Shown: in pieces, positions 50,882 through 60,440 of the stretch | Layout: each line of letters opens with the position of its first letter | Position numbering within the stretch: the first letter of the stretch is position 1 | IMG/VR virus record: IMGVR_UViG_3300045988_120991 | Location: 101,979 to 165,978 of that record | Strand: one strand, 5' to 3' | DNA from: a virus | DNA: 64,000 bases | Notes under the pieces: generated by a model | What the model was told of the DNA's origin: nothing | The model's input: the letters and a program-made list of their open reading frames with translations, nothing else | Databases searched by the model: none | Program-made: the position numbers and the translations under genes

Positions 50882-51106
50882 TTAATATTCCTCCCCATCA
50901 ATCTGATTTCCATTGTACCATTCACGAAGATAATCTTCGTCAAAGCAATCGACTTCCCAAGAACCATCCATAAATGTCCCATCATCTGGAATAGGAATAA
51001 CACCTGCATCATCTTTTGCAATTTCAATTGCTTCTGCAAGAGTATTTGCTTCAACCTTTACAGTTCCCATCATTGCCCAACACACAGGAATTTTCCAAGT
51101 TTTCAT
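50882..51106 (-). CDS. hypothetical protein
   Basis: ORF track, 74 aa. Confidence 0.5.
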   Translation of the reverse strand: MKTWKIPVCWAMMGTVKVEANTLAEAIEIAKDDAGVIPIPDDGTFMDGSWEVDCFDEDYLREWYNGNQIDGEEY

Positions 51107-51253
51107 TTAATTTTCCTTCCTTTCATAAATCATAGAATGAATCGCATCATTTACAACATCAAGGTCTTCCCAATATTCTTCTGGGATATTAAGAAGCCTT
51201 AATTCTTCTTCATCAAGTGTAACATATGTTTGAACATACTTATTATTTTCCAT
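51107..51253 (-). CDS. small acidic protein (48 aa)
   Basis: Hand-translated MENNKYVQTYVTLDEEELRLL.... GGAGGAGG upstream. TAAATG junction. Confidence 0.35.
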   Translation of the reverse strand: MENNKYVQTYVTLDEEELRLLNIPEEYWEDLDVVNDAIHSMIYERKEN

Positions 51254-51724
51254 TTAGCCTTCCTCCTCCAAAATCCAATCATATCCGAACCATTTAATTT
51301 CGTCATCCGAAAATCCTATGGCGTCCAAATCTCTTCGTACAATCGCAAGCTCTACGTTTCCGTTATTTGTACAACATTTAATTGCATTGTCAAGCAATTC
51401 AAGTGCCCTTCTGTATGTAATATATCCAGAATTATGTGTCTTGTCTGGTGAAATTTCATTTCCATTTTCGTCTTCGTCGCCTTCAACCCACCAAGATGAC
51501 CACATATTGTAAGTTTCACTTAACCTTTCTACCATAAACTCTTCGCAACAAGAATCTTCGACATATGCTCTATAATCAGGATCTTCAATTTCTTCTGTGC
51601 TATGCCATTCAGAATAATATTCGTCAAGCATATCAAGAATTTCCCTTTCAAGATGTTTGTACGCATCATCCCATTCGATACATAATTCTCTTTCAAAACA
51701 ATTTACCCAATATTTTGTTATCAT
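51254..51724 (-). CDS. hypothetical acidic protein
   Basis: ORF track, 156 aa. Confidence 0.55.
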   Translation of the reverse strand: MITKYWVNCFERELCIEWDDAYKHLEREILDMLDEYYSEWHSTEEIEDPDYRAYVEDSCCEEFMVERLSETYNMWSSWWVEGDEDENGNEISPDKTHNSGYITYRRALELLDNAIKCCTNNGNVELAIVRRDLDAIGFSDDEIKWFGYDWILEEEG

Positions 51725-51991
51725 TTATTCCTCCTCCTCATGAATATTAATTTTAAATTCATTGGTATAGTCTTCATTGTTTGCATCTGCATATACTAAA
51801 ACATTAATTCCTTTGTCTTGTATAATTTCATAATCCTCATTATAATGATACTTTTGTCCCACTACTGCAATGTCTTGTAGCCACACTCCATTTTTATCTT
51901 CAAGAGAAACAATCACTTCTCTATAATCCTTGTCTGCTCCTCTTTCAGCAACTAATGTTGCAAATCCAAGGTCGATTTTAATTTTATCCAT
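51725..51991 (-). CDS. hypothetical protein
   Basis: ORF track, 88 aa. Confidence 0.5.
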   Translation of the reverse strand: MDKIKIDLGFATLVAERGADKDYREVIVSLEDKNGVWLQDIAVVGQKYHYNEDYEIIQDKGINVLVYADANNEDYTNEFKINIHEEEE

Positions 51992-52213
51992 TTACATTTC
52001 CTCCTCATCAATCTCTATATTAAACTCAATATGGATACTCTTTCTTTTCTCATCATAGAAAATATCCATACCTCCAATTTCGTAATCCTCCCACTCAGAA
52101 TGCCTCAGATCTTCTTCTGAAATATCAAATGCTCTTTCGCTATTACAATCAAATATCGAAAATTCTACACCATCAATAGTACAGCAAGTATTAATAAAAT
52201 CATAAATTGTCAT
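51992..52213 (-). CDS. hypothetical protein
   Basis: ORF track, 73 aa. Confidence 0.5.
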   Translation of the reverse strand: MTIYDFINTCCTIDGVEFSIFDCNSERAFDISEEDLRHSEWEDYEIGGMDIFYDEKRKSIHIEFNIEIDEEEM

Positions 52214-52332
52214 TTACTCGTCCTCCTATTCTCTTCATAGTACCCGCCGATGTAATAAGCAATGCAGTCTGCCTCAATTTCGTTCCACACAGTTTCGTAA
52301 GGAATCCCCTTTGAATCGTACACAGTATACAT
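52210..52332 (-). CDS. small protein (40 aa)
   Basis: Hand-translated MYTVYDSKGIPYETVWNEIEADC.... GGAAGGAA upstream. ATGA overlap. Confidence 0.3.
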   Translation of the reverse strand: MYTVYDSKGIPYETVWNEIEADCIAYYIGGYYEENRRTSK

Positions 52333-52369
52333 TTTAATTTCCTTCCTTTCCATATAGCTAGCCTTATTT

Positions 52370-52756
52370 TTACCAGCTACTTACATAATAGACCATTTCC
52401 TTTTCAAAGTCCGTTGTTTCAAGCACTCGTGTCAGAATATCAATCGTATCCTCAACACCTCTCATATACCAATTGTCATACTCAGTTCCTCCAAAGAAGA
52501 ATCCTCCCTGAGTAGGAAGAAGTGCTGCAATTTCATCGGCATTTACAACGACCTCTCCGTCCTCATAACAATTCTTCCACTTTCCGTTTATAAGTGTCTG
52601 TCCATTTATAACCTTTCCTGGTTTCAATACTGCAATCTGCTTCACTTTCTCACAAGTATCAAGCAATTCCTCAAGAATTTCCTTTGTACACTCATTGTGG
52701 TAACGGCAGTCGTCAATTCCATCCTGAACATGGTCAACAAACCATTGATGAATCAT
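52370..52756 (-). CDS. hypothetical protein
   Basis: ORF track, 128 aa. Confidence 0.55.
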   Translation of the reverse strand: MIHQWFVDHVQDGIDDCRYHNECTKEILEELLDTCEKVKQIAVLKPGKVINGQTLINGKWKNCYEDGEVVVNADEIAALLPTQGGFFFGGTEYDNWYMRGVEDTIDILTRVLETTDFEKEMVYYVSSW

Positions 52757-52768
52757 ATTCTCTTTTCG

Positions 52769-53050
52769 TCAGTAACCAACCTGTTTCATAATGGAATTAT
52801 GTCCATAGTTGTGCTCAGTATCCCAAGCACAATACTTTGTGTTATAGAATTGCTTATAATAACTAATGATGTCATTATCAAGCAATATATTTTCATCTGC
52901 TCCACAATACTCTTGCCATGTACAATTTGCATACTCACTCCCTTCCTTTTTTGCTTTCTGCCAATCAAGATAGCCCTCAACTGCGTTTATTACACTTGCG
53001 GTAGCCTTCTTGTAACGAGGCATTCTGTAAAGCATCATATCAAGTCCCAT
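52769..53050 (-). CDS. hypothetical protein
   Basis: ORF track, 93 aa. Confidence 0.5.
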   Translation of the reverse strand: MGLDMMLYRMPRYKKATASVINAVEGYLDWQKAKKEGSEYANCTWQEYCGADENILLDNDIISYYKQFYNTKYCAWDTEHNYGHNSIMKQVGY

Positions 53051-53051
53051 A

Positions 53052-53480
53052 TTAAAATCCTCCTTTATTAATCATCTCTTTAATTTTATTTGCACCAAGC
53101 TGTTCTCTTGTTGGCTGTGCATCATCAATGTCGCAAAGCATTCCATACAAGTCGTAATTATACTGCTCGTTTTCATTAAAATATTCTCTGTCTACAATGT
53201 CCCACCCGTCAATGATATAAGTTCCGTTATCGTAGTTATCATAGTCAAGATGACTACACGTATCAATCCCAATAGAAAGTCCCCCGCCAAAGAAGTTTCC
53301 AATCACCTGGCAGAGTCTTGCCCACCCATAATTATCACTTGTCGGCTCTCTATATCCTTTCATTTTGCAATAGGTTAAGAATGCTTGTACACTATCTCGG
53401 CCTCCGTTCCAGTGTAGGTATACACCTACTCCATCGTTATTAAAGTTCTCCCTCGTAGTGATTACAGCTCTGTTACCCAT
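53052..53480 (-). CDS. hypothetical protein
   Basis: ORF track, 142 aa. Confidence 0.55.
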   Translation of the reverse strand: MGNRAVITTRENFNNDGVGVYLHWNGGRDSVQAFLTYCKMKGYREPTSDNYGWARLCQVIGNFFGGGLSIGIDTCSHLDYDNYDNGTYIIDGWDIVDREYFNENEQYNYDLYGMLCDIDDAQPTREQLGANKIKEMINKGGF

Positions 53481-53494
53481 TTTTAAATCCTCCT

Positions 53495-53704
53495 TTAATA
53501 TTTTGTTTCTCTTTCATTCATCAGCCAGCCAACGCCTTTGCTGTGGTTTTCATCAAACCAATGCCAAATCTCCTCTCTGTGAGTTCCTTTGCTCCAACCT
53601 TTCCAATCAACATCAAGGCATTCATTTTCGTCAATAGGTACATCTTCAAGCTCGTCCCACATAGATTCAAGAAGTTCATCATCGTATTTCTGATAAACAC
53701 TCAT
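53495..53704 (-). CDS. hypothetical protein
   Basis: ORF track, 69 aa. Confidence 0.5.
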   Translation of the reverse strand: MSVYQKYDDELLESMWDELEDVPIDENECLDVDWKGWSKGTHREEIWHWFDENHSKGVGWLMNERETKY

Positions 53705-54358
53705 TTACATTTCCTCCTCGTCGTCTTCTGTAATATACTCTACTCTAATCGCAACAATTTTCCCTTCCTCATTATGCGCAGTCCAACAACAATAACTGCC
53801 ATCTCCATATCCAGAAGAAGAAGCAAAGCCAAGACCATCAATAGTATTTCCATCATTAATTTGAATCGTTTGCCAACTTACCTTTGTGTTGTTGCTCCAT
53901 TCTCTGTACTTTTTTAACTGTTCAGCCATATCTTCTGCATTATAATCAAAAACGAATGCTACATAATTTGGATTTTTCTTAGTCGTTGTTGTAAGTTCAC
54001 ATACCCTCCAATACCAATCGTCATTTACGTGTTCGGTTTCATTATCATCACTATGATATTTCTTATAATATTCATAATCAAAAATACCAGCCTGACCACT
54101 ATCAACGCCGACCACGAAGCTTTCCTTACTGTATTCAAGGAACTTATTCATATAATCTGCATGTACAACCTGAATTGCGGAAACTCGTCTACCCCATGCG
54201 TCTTCATCAGAAGTTTCCACCGTACACTTATAGTTGCCTTTGAGCACATTATTAATCGCGCCTTGACACCAAGTATTCATTCCATAACATGGATCGGAAA
54301 CCATCACCTTATCATCAAGAGTTATAAAACCCTTATCATTAATTTCAATATTATTCAT
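53705..54358 (-). CDS. hypothetical protein (DUF4241-like SGYGDGSY motif; unverified)
   Basis: 217 aa. MVSDPCY ... SSSGYGDGSY. Confidence 0.5.
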   Translation of the reverse strand: MNNIEINDKGFITLDDKVMVSDPCYGMNTWCQGAINNVLKGNYKCTVETSDEDAWGRRVSAIQVVHADYMNKFLEYSKESFVVGVDSGQAGIFDYEYYKKYHSDDNETEHVNDDWYWRVCELTTTTKKNPNYVAFVFDYNAEDMAEQLKKYREWSNNTKVSWQTIQINDGNTIDGLGFASSSGYGDGSYCCWTAHNEEGKIVAIRVEYITEDDEEEM

Positions 54359-54569
54359 TCCTCATCTTCCTTTCATATTCATCAATTTGTTCCATACTCA
54401 ACCATACAGGCTTCTCTTCAAGTTCATTCCAAATTCGTCTCATGGCTTCAATGTGTTTTTCAACACTCTTTCCCCATAGATATTTTGTACTTCTGTTTCC
54501 AAAATCAAGATAATAGTCGCAATCTGACCTCATACGGTCAAGCATTTTGTATTGAAATTCACTATTCAT
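54351..54569 (-). CDS. hypothetical protein
   Basis: Start moved to MNSEFQYKML to avoid overlap with the upstream gene. Confidence 0.45.
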   Translation of the reverse strand: MNSEFQYKMLDRMRSDCDYYLDFGNRSTKYLWGKSVEKHIEAMRRIWNELEEKPVWLSMEQIDEYERKMRNE

Positions 54570-54570
54570 A

Positions 54571-54795
54571 TTAATCATCAACCTCACATTCAAAGAAGTT
54601 CTCATCACATTCTGAACATACATAATCGTATTGTTCTAAATCACTTAGAAGAAGCGGTCTTCCACAATGTGGACATCTCTTTTCTGTAATGAGCATATCA
54701 ATCAACGCCTTTACCTTAAAAATTGTGTACGTATCAAGCTCAATATTTTTCAATTCTTTTCTAATGGTTAGTCTTTTCTCGTAGTTCTTAGACAT
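54571..54795 (-). CDS. zinc-ribbon small protein
   Basis: 74 aa. CPHCG...CSECD. Confidence 0.5.
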   Translation of the reverse strand: MSKNYEKRLTIRKELKNIELDTYTIFKVKALIDMLITEKRCPHCGRPLLLSDLEQYDYVCSECDENFFECEVDD

Positions 54796-54809
54796 TTAAT
54801 TATCCTCCT

Positions 54810-55121
54810 TTAATTTTCTTCGGAACAAATATCCATGATTGTATCAACCAAATTCTGCAAAGAATCCACTCCATACCCATGTAGCGGAATCATTAACTCT
54901 CCAGTTTCCTTATCTCTCAGTTCGCAATAATGTGTCCATCCATCTTCCTCAAGATAATCGAAAGAAATGTCAAGTTCGTTTCCGTTAATAGAATTAATGT
55001 CATAAGTCACAATCCTTGTGTCAAAAGATTTCGGTCTTCTTCCTTCCCCATTCCAATTAGTAGGATTCATTTTCTCCAAAAAATCATCTGCAATTTTTTC
55101 TGCCTTTTCTCTGTTGAACAT
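54810..55121 (-). CDS. hypothetical protein
   Basis: ORF track, 103 aa. Leader box TTAATTTTGTATCGT lies upstream. Confidence 0.5.
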   Translation of the reverse strand: MFNREKAEKIADDFLEKMNPTNWNGEGRRPKSFDTRIVTYDINSINGNELDISFDYLEEDGWTHYCELRDKETGELMIPLHGYGVDSLQNLVDTIMDICSEEN

Positions 55122-55151
55122 AATTAAATCCTCCTTTAATTTTGTATCGTC

Positions 55152-55514
55152 TTAAATGCATCCACCGCAACATCCCCATGGAACGTTGTCATTAAATACT
55201 CTATCAATCTCTGCTGCATATTTTCGGAATTCTTCAGGAATCTCATCTGCGTCGATTTCCCATTCGCCTTGATATACATCAAAGTTCCAGTCTTCATCTG
55301 CCCGAATATTTCCTCCGCTATGCCAGAACGGTTCGCAGTTATGATCTCTAAATTTATTTGTATTAAAATCATAACTTCCAACTTCATGCCCAAAGCCATA
55401 TGCGAGTCCATCAATTCTCAACACGAGAACGCCACTACAAAGATTTGGATATCTGCCACTATAAGAAACAAACTCGACATGATTAGTTTCATTGTTGTTA
55501 TGATTAATCAACAT
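55152..55514 (-). CDS. hypothetical protein
   Basis: ORF track, 120 aa. Preferred over the overlapping 55136-55414 frame. Confidence 0.5.
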   Translation of the reverse strand: MLINHNNNETNHVEFVSYSGRYPNLCSGVLVLRIDGLAYGFGHEVGSYDFNTNKFRDHNCEPFWHSGGNIRADEDWNFDVYQGEWEIDADEIPEEFRKYAAEIDRVFNDNVPWGCCGGCI

Positions 55515-55515
55515 T

Positions 55516-55698
55516 TTATTCTCCTTTCAACATCTGCTCAATCAGTTCCATTGCCTTATCGCCTTCCAGATAGAAGCCATCACTTCCAATCTGTGTTTGA
55601 AGATTACATACCAACTGCATAAATCTCCAATCGGGAAACATGTGCCAGTATGCCTTGAGCATCTCACAAAATTTATCAATTCTCTTGGGGTCTCTCAT
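55516..55698 (-). CDS. hypothetical protein
   Basis: ORF track, 60 aa. Confidence 0.45.
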   Translation of the reverse strand: MRDPKRIDKFCEMLKAYWHMFPDWRFMQLVCNLQTQIGSDGFYLEGDKAMELIEQMLKGE

Positions 55699-55765
55699 TT
55701 TTGAATCTCCTTTAAATCAAATTCCATATCCAGCATGTTGTATGACATTTATTCTTCCTCCTTAT

Positions 55766-56101
55766 TTACTGCAAATGACCAGTTCTTCTTTCATCTTCAT
55801 ATGTCCACATAAAATTAGAAGTAACGAGTGGTTTATCTGCATCGTAAGTGAACAAATGGGCATCAATGGTAGCTGTAGCAAAACGAATGAAATGTTTTGT
55901 ATCGTGCGAAAGAAACGTGTATTGGACAGAAAAACTATCAGATTTCACTTCAAAAATTTCTGCCTCATCAGCATACTTTTGAATATAGTCAAAAGCATCT
56001 CCAAATGTTTGAAACATTCTTTTACGGCTTCTGATATAATCCACAATAGTAACAGTAAACAAACAAAACTGACCTGCGGGAATTGTACGTCTAAATTCCA
56101 T
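55766..56101 (-). CDS. hypothetical protein
   Basis: Start moved to MEFRRTIPAG, with AAGGAG upstream. Confidence 0.5.
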   Translation of the reverse strand: MEFRRTIPAGQFCLFTVTIVDYIRSRKRMFQTFGDAFDYIQKYADEAEIFEVKSDSFSVQYTFLSHDTKHFIRFATATIDAHLFTYDADKPLVTSNFMWTYEDERRTGHLQ

Positions 56102-56114
56102 GTTATATCTCCTT

Positions 56115-57674
56115 TCAAGCCAAACAAAAACAATGACTAATTCTACCATTCTCTGTGATGGGTTTACCACAGTTGGCGCAGATTCCAGAATGCCCAATGC
56201 TAATTACATTGTCACGGCTCTCGCTTCTTTCTCTTGGATAAGAAACGTTACAATCTTCAAAAGTTGTATAGTCACGATAGTGTACTCCGTAGGAATCTAC
56301 ATTATTGATTACATCACCATTTTCTTTCTTTTTCCAGACAGTATCCGTAAGACCAAGAATAGTGGCGAGTACATTTTGTACATAGTTGCGGAATACTTTA
56401 TACAAATCCGTTCTACCATCATTCCCCTGTGGATACACTCTGCCCTGTACAAGAATGTTATTTCCATAATGAAACATACACCTATAAATCTTTCCGTCCT
56501 CCCAATTGGTCGGAACATGATTATGCACAAAGGTAACAATCGAAGTGCTATCCAGCATATAACTCACAGTCCCTCCGCAGTACATACCAGAATAGGCGTT
56601 ATCCATACCTCTACGGTTCTCTTTGTCAATTGTATGGCAAGAAGCCCAGTTTACACCGAAGCTCATAGTTAAATAATCAATAGGATTGACGCTAATAAAG
56701 AACTTTAGCTTTCTCTTGAGTCCACTTACCATGTCGGCATACTTTGCAAATAGCTTATTATACTTAGGTAATTTATCTATTCCATAGAATCCGCACACTC
56801 GATTGAAAGCACGGCTGGTTTTCATGCCTTCCCTTACTTTATATTTTGCATCCATGCTTTCAGAAAATTCTTTATCAATAGTAGAAAGTCTGAACATCTT
56901 AAATTTACGCATTGCGCTATAGCACTCATTTTCGATTGCATGAGAAGCAAGCGTTGCTTTATCATCTGCAAACTTATTGCGTGCATCTGTTACATTTTTT
57001 AACTTTGCAACCACTTCTGGCTTCATCAAATCTTTTGCCGTAATGCACTCTACTCCAGTTCTGATGTAATCATCAATTTTCTTACCATACTCATCTTCGT
57101 ACTTCAGAATCAACCTGCTTGCGTCAACATTATTATAGAAGTTTTCGCAAAATGAATAAATATCATCTGCATTATTTTCTCTTTCGAGTTCAATGTCAAT
57201 CATGATTCGCATGTCGCCCATGTAATAAGCAGACTTTTGAAACAGTTCAATCAAATCCTTTTTGTTGGTGAAATATTCATTCAGCATCGTACATACGCCG
57301 TGCTCAGTATTTCTATGCCCATATTTGGTAAGCAGAGCCATCACATCATCGACGAGCTTGTCCGTGTCACAATACTGACCCCACGCTTCCTTGATATCTG
57401 CCTTTGTAAGAATGGTGCTTGGCTGTGCTGTAGGAACCGTCCCATCCTCAAAACCAGCAAAGTCAGCGCTGCCCCAAGAAAATTTCCCATCATCTTCTTC
57501 GAGGAAGTATTCAGTATCTTCTTCGATACCGTTATGTTCAACAACTCTTTCGATTGTTACAGCACGTCCATTAAAACGCTCCATTCCCCATCCGTACCCA
57601 TAACGATAATTTCTACTAATGACACCAAGATTTTCCCTTACAACAACACGATCCCCAACATTGTAGAGTGCCAT
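56115..57674 (-). CDS. large hypothetical protein, WASCH-motif family (paralog 1)
   Basis: Start moved to MALYNVGDRV. Shares SVNPxDYLTMSFGxxWASCHTIDKENRRGM...GTVSYMLDS...QGRxYPQxNDG with 62537-64000. Confidence 0.6.
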   Translation of the reverse strand: MALYNVGDRVVVRENLGVISRNYRYGYGWGMERFNGRAVTIERVVEHNGIEEDTEYFLEEDDGKFSWGSADFAGFEDGTVPTAQPSTILTKADIKEAWGQYCDTDKLVDDVMALLTKYGHRNTEHGVCTMLNEYFTNKKDLIELFQKSAYYMGDMRIMIDIELERENNADDIYSFCENFYNNVDASRLILKYEDEYGKKIDDYIRTGVECITAKDLMKPEVVAKLKNVTDARNKFADDKATLASHAIENECYSAMRKFKMFRLSTIDKEFSESMDAKYKVREGMKTSRAFNRVCGFYGIDKLPKYNKLFAKYADMVSGLKRKLKFFISVNPIDYLTMSFGVNWASCHTIDKENRRGMDNAYSGMYCGGTVSYMLDSTSIVTFVHNHVPTNWEDGKIYRCMFHYGNNILVQGRVYPQGNDGRTDLYKVFRNYVQNVLATILGLTDTVWKKKENGDVINNVDSYGVHYRDYTTFEDCNVSYPRERSESRDNVISIGHSGICANCGKPITENGRISHCFCLA

Positions 57675-57688
57675 AATTATATCTCCTT

Positions 57689-58483
57689 TCAATTATACAG
57701 GCTTGCAATTTTTTCCTTAATGCTTTTAAGGGTTTTGTCAGGAATGGATTCGGAACTATTGTATTCATTATACCAGCAACCATTAATAAGAAACAGCTTG
57801 TTGTACTTTTTAGAATACACAACATCAAACGACTGACTTCTGTAACAAATTACAAAACGGTCAACAATGTTTAACTTGTTGACTATTGCAGTAATATGAT
57901 TCTTCCCTTTCAGTTTATAGTAGGTAACGCCACTGTGTTTATATTCAATCTTTTCTGTGAACCCGTTTTCAAGAATTCTATCCACAGTAATTATGTCATC
58001 AAATAGGCCAGGATAATTTGTAAATATATCCTCAATGGGCTGCATTTCCGCCGTGGCACAACCTTTGAACCTACAGACTTCCCTTGCTTCTTGAGAATTA
58101 ATATCCTGGAACCTAAACGATGCTCTGCAATACAATTTAACGCTCTTTTTTGTATTTACCACGTAGCTCCCATCCTCTTGCAGAGTATATTTTGCAGATA
58201 ACTGCTTACCATCTCCTTCTCTCATGTACTGGCAACCAAAACAAGATGCAGAAGTTGAAGCCCTATCGGTATGTTCCTTAATTGCTTCCGGTGTATTTCT
58301 GATAAGTGCTCCGCAGAAAGAACACTTTACAAATTTCTTTCTGTTATCTCTTGAAATAGAAACAATGCCTGCTTGATACACGCAAGTTCCATCCTCTAAA
58401 GCAAATGTTCTTGCATCTTTCATTTCTGCCTTCTTCCATACATACCGATCTCCGTTTGGGCAGCTTCTGAGCAGCACTCTCAT
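57689..58483 (-). CDS. hypothetical Cys-containing protein
   Basis: ORF track, 264 aa. Confidence 0.55.
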   Translation of the reverse strand: MRVLLRSCPNGDRYVWKKAEMKDARTFALEDGTCVYQAGIVSISRDNRKKFVKCSFCGALIRNTPEAIKEHTDRASTSASCFGCQYMREGDGKQLSAKYTLQEDGSYVVNTKKSVKLYCRASFRFQDINSQEAREVCRFKGCATAEMQPIEDIFTNYPGLFDDIITVDRILENGFTEKIEYKHSGVTYYKLKGKNHITAIVNKLNIVDRFVICYRSQSFDVVYSKKYNKLFLINGCWYNEYNSSESIPDKTLKSIKEKIASLYN

Positions 58484-58515
58484 AAAATTACCTCCATTAA
58501 TTTTGTGTTGTGTAA

Positions 58516-58537
58516 GGGGTGGGGAAAATGCCCCTCC
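58516..58537 (-). terminator. weak hairpin after a small CDS (terminator-like)
   Basis: Minus strand reads GGAGGGGC-ATTTT-CCCCACCCC, with one internal mismatch and only a short T run. Confidence 0.3.
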
Positions 58538-58539
58538 GC

Positions 58540-58671
58540 TTACTTTGACTTTGTTTCAAACTTGTCAAACCACTCGTCTATTTCGTCGAACTTCTTGTTG
58601 AATCTCTCCTCCATTTCAAGCAATGCCTGAAGTATCACATCAACCACTTCTTGTAACTCTTTGTTTTCCAT
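58540..58671 (-). CDS. small acidic helical protein (43 aa)
   Basis: Hand-translated MENKELQEVVDVILQALLEMEERFNKKFDEIDEWF.... AAGGAG RBS. Confidence 0.4.
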   Translation of the reverse strand: MENKELQEVVDVILQALLEMEERFNKKFDEIDEWFDKFETKSK

Positions 58672-58744
58672 TTACACCAACTCCTTTTGCCTTTATTATA
58701 TCACCTCCCCTCTGAAATTCAATAAACAATTTTCACAAATTTTC

Positions 58745-59170
58745 TTAGCCGATTCTCACGAGTCCGCCAAACATTCCTTTTACGGCAATACTGCCGAATT
58801 CACTAAAATAGTCAATGGTTTTGTTCCATACATAAGCAAATACATAGCCTTCCTTAATATCGGCATTGTCCGTCTCCCATTCTTCCTGATAGTCAGACAC
58901 ATACAAGAAATTGTACATATCCATCACTTCTCCATCAAGCTTCATAAGAGTATGGATTACATGATACACAAGTGCATTGTTTTTCCTTTCAAACTCCTGC
59001 ACCTTTGCAGTAAGCTCCCTGTTGCTGCTAAATTCGTACAAGCCTCCAGTCAGCTCAGAAAGCTGTACTTCATCTCTGCTCTTAAATGCCTTGATGCAAG
59101 GAGCAAATAGCCCAAGCTCCTTCATGCGGTTAATTGCCTCTGCCTTCTTGATTTCTCTTGATACTTCCAT
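58745..59170 (-). CDS. hypothetical protein
   Basis: Start moved to MEVSREIKKA, with GGGAGG upstream. Confidence 0.5.
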   Translation of the reverse strand: MEVSREIKKAEAINRMKELGLFAPCIKAFKSRDEVQLSELTGGLYEFSSNRELTAKVQEFERKNNALVYHVIHTLMKLDGEVMDMYNFLYVSDYQEEWETDNADIKEGYVFAYVWNKTIDYFSEFGSIAVKGMFGGLVRIG

Positions 59171-59249
59171 GTTTATTCCTCCCTTTAATTTCGTACTGTA
59201 TTCTCGTTTTGTATTAGTTTGCCCCATTATAGGACAAACTATTTGTTTA

Positions 59250-59393
59250 GTCTAAAAGCCCACATGCATTTGTAATCATTGCAATAATTGCAAAAATTAT
59301 GATTGTTCCAATGAGAGCAATAATCCCGTCTTTTGTTTCGTCCTTTCCGAATAGTAGTACACAAGCAATGATGATAAGCAAAATAGTAATCAT
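59250..59393 (-). CDS. small two-TM membrane peptide (47 aa)
   Basis: Hand-translated MITILLIIIACVLLFGKDETKDGIIALIGTIIIFAIIAMITNACGLLD. GGGAGG RBS and its own promoter. Confidence 0.45.
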
Positions 59394-59426
59394 TTGTTTA
59401 CCTCCCTTTATACATTATTCGTAATT

Positions 59427-59455
59427 ATTTTACCCCTATTATGCTACTGCGTCAA
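59427..59455 (-). promoter_or_regulatory. sigma-70-type promoter
   Basis: Minus strand reads TTGACG-N17-TAAAAT. Confidence 0.45.
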
Positions 59456-59473
59456 CTTACTCTTACCTCCTTT

Positions 59474-59686
59474 TTATTCTCCCTTCAAACTCCTAAATAC
59501 GTTGTCATACTGCTTCTTGGTCATAAAGATTACATGTGGATGATACTCATCTCCCTCTCGAATTAGCTTGTTAACTTCTTCTTCGGAAATATCTCTGTCA
59601 TCAAATAATGCAACATTGTCTTGCTCAGCCCAGAAATCATATTTCTCTGTGTATTCAATCATTTTTACATGATGATTTGCGTTCAT
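59474..59686 (-). CDS. hypothetical protein
   Basis: ORF track, 70 aa. Confidence 0.5.
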   Translation of the reverse strand: MNANHHVKMIEYTEKYDFWAEQDNVALFDDRDISEEEVNKLIREGDEYHPHVIFMTKKQYDNVFRSLKGE

Positions 59687-59688
59687 AT

Positions 59689-59892
59689 TTATTCCACCTC
59701 AACTTTCTTTTTTAATTCTTCAAGTACATCAAGGTACTCTCTCATATCCACTTCATTTTGAATAAATATACGCTCTTCTTCCTCGTCTGCTGCACCCAAA
59801 ATACATAAATGATTGTTTGATATAGTTCCTTTGATTTCTTCAATTTCTCTTTCGTACAAATCCGTCAGCCAGAATTTAATCATTTCATTCAT
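59689..59892 (-). CDS. hypothetical protein
   Basis: ORF track, 67 aa. Confidence 0.5.
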   Translation of the reverse strand: MNEMIKFWLTDLYEREIEEIKGTISNNHLCILGAADEEEERIFIQNEVDMREYLDVLEELKKKVEVE

Positions 59893-59893
59893 G

Positions 59894-60049
59894 TTAATTT
59901 TCCCCCTTCAAGCAAATCAATGTTTCTTCAATAAGTGTGCAGTATTCGTTGTAGGTTTCAACGTCCCAAGTAGGATCTTCGGGAAATACTTTTGTCAGAA
60001 CTTTGTAAATGATATCCTCTACGTCTACGGCCTGTGCTGCAATTTTCAT
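59894..60049 (-). CDS. small protein (51 aa)
   Basis: Hand-translated MKIAAQAVDVEDIIYKVLTKVFPEDPTW.... AAGGAGG RBS. Confidence 0.4.
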   Translation of the reverse strand: MKIAAQAVDVEDIIYKVLTKVFPEDPTWDVETYNEYCTLIEETLICLKGEN

Positions 60050-60078
60050 TTTACTTTACCTCCTTTAAAATTATCATT

Positions 60079-60225
60079 TTAGAGTTCTTCTCCAGTTTCT
60101 GCATCGAATACGGAGAGATTGTTTACACAATCAAATCCAGTATGTTTAAGTTCGTCATTCACGGTGAACCAAGGAGTATAATCTGTCGGATAGATTTCGC
60201 ATTCAAATACTACTTTAACTTTCAT
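60079..60225 (-). CDS. small protein (48 aa)
   Basis: Hand-translated MKVKVVFECEIYPTDYTPWFTVNDELKH.... GGGAGG RBS. Confidence 0.4.
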   Translation of the reverse strand: MKVKVVFECEIYPTDYTPWFTVNDELKHTGFDCVNNLSVFDAETGEEL

Positions 60226-60226
60226 T

Positions 60227-60427
60227 TTATTTTACCTCCCTAACTGTCTTACCATACTCCGAAAACTCTGTTTCATATATCGGGCAATTGGGCGCCCGAT
60301 GAAGAAAACCGTTATAGACATAACCAATAACTTTTTCTTTTACCCATTCTTCAAGTCCAGTCCATCTTGGAGCATACCACTCAATTTCTAAACCAAGTTT
60401 ACACCAATCAGGAATATTGATTACCAT
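60227..60427 (-). CDS. hypothetical protein
   Basis: ORF track, 66 aa. Confidence 0.5.
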   Translation of the reverse strand: MVINIPDWCKLGLEIEWYAPRWTGLEEWVKEKVIGYVYNGFLHRAPNCPIYETEFSEYGKTVREVK

Positions 60428-60440
60428 TTATTTTGCCTCC

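Noticed and set aside
50881-51054. The 184-aa version of ORF 50500-51054.
   Set aside because: Its N-terminal 58 residues overlap the better-looking gene 50882-51106 in another frame. The internal MKEITS start has a GGGGAGG RBS.
55695-55748. A 17-codon ORF (MSYNMLDMEFDLKEIQK) with an AAGGAGG RBS and an ATGA overlap.
   Set aside because: It is too short to support without expression data, so it is not listed as a feature.
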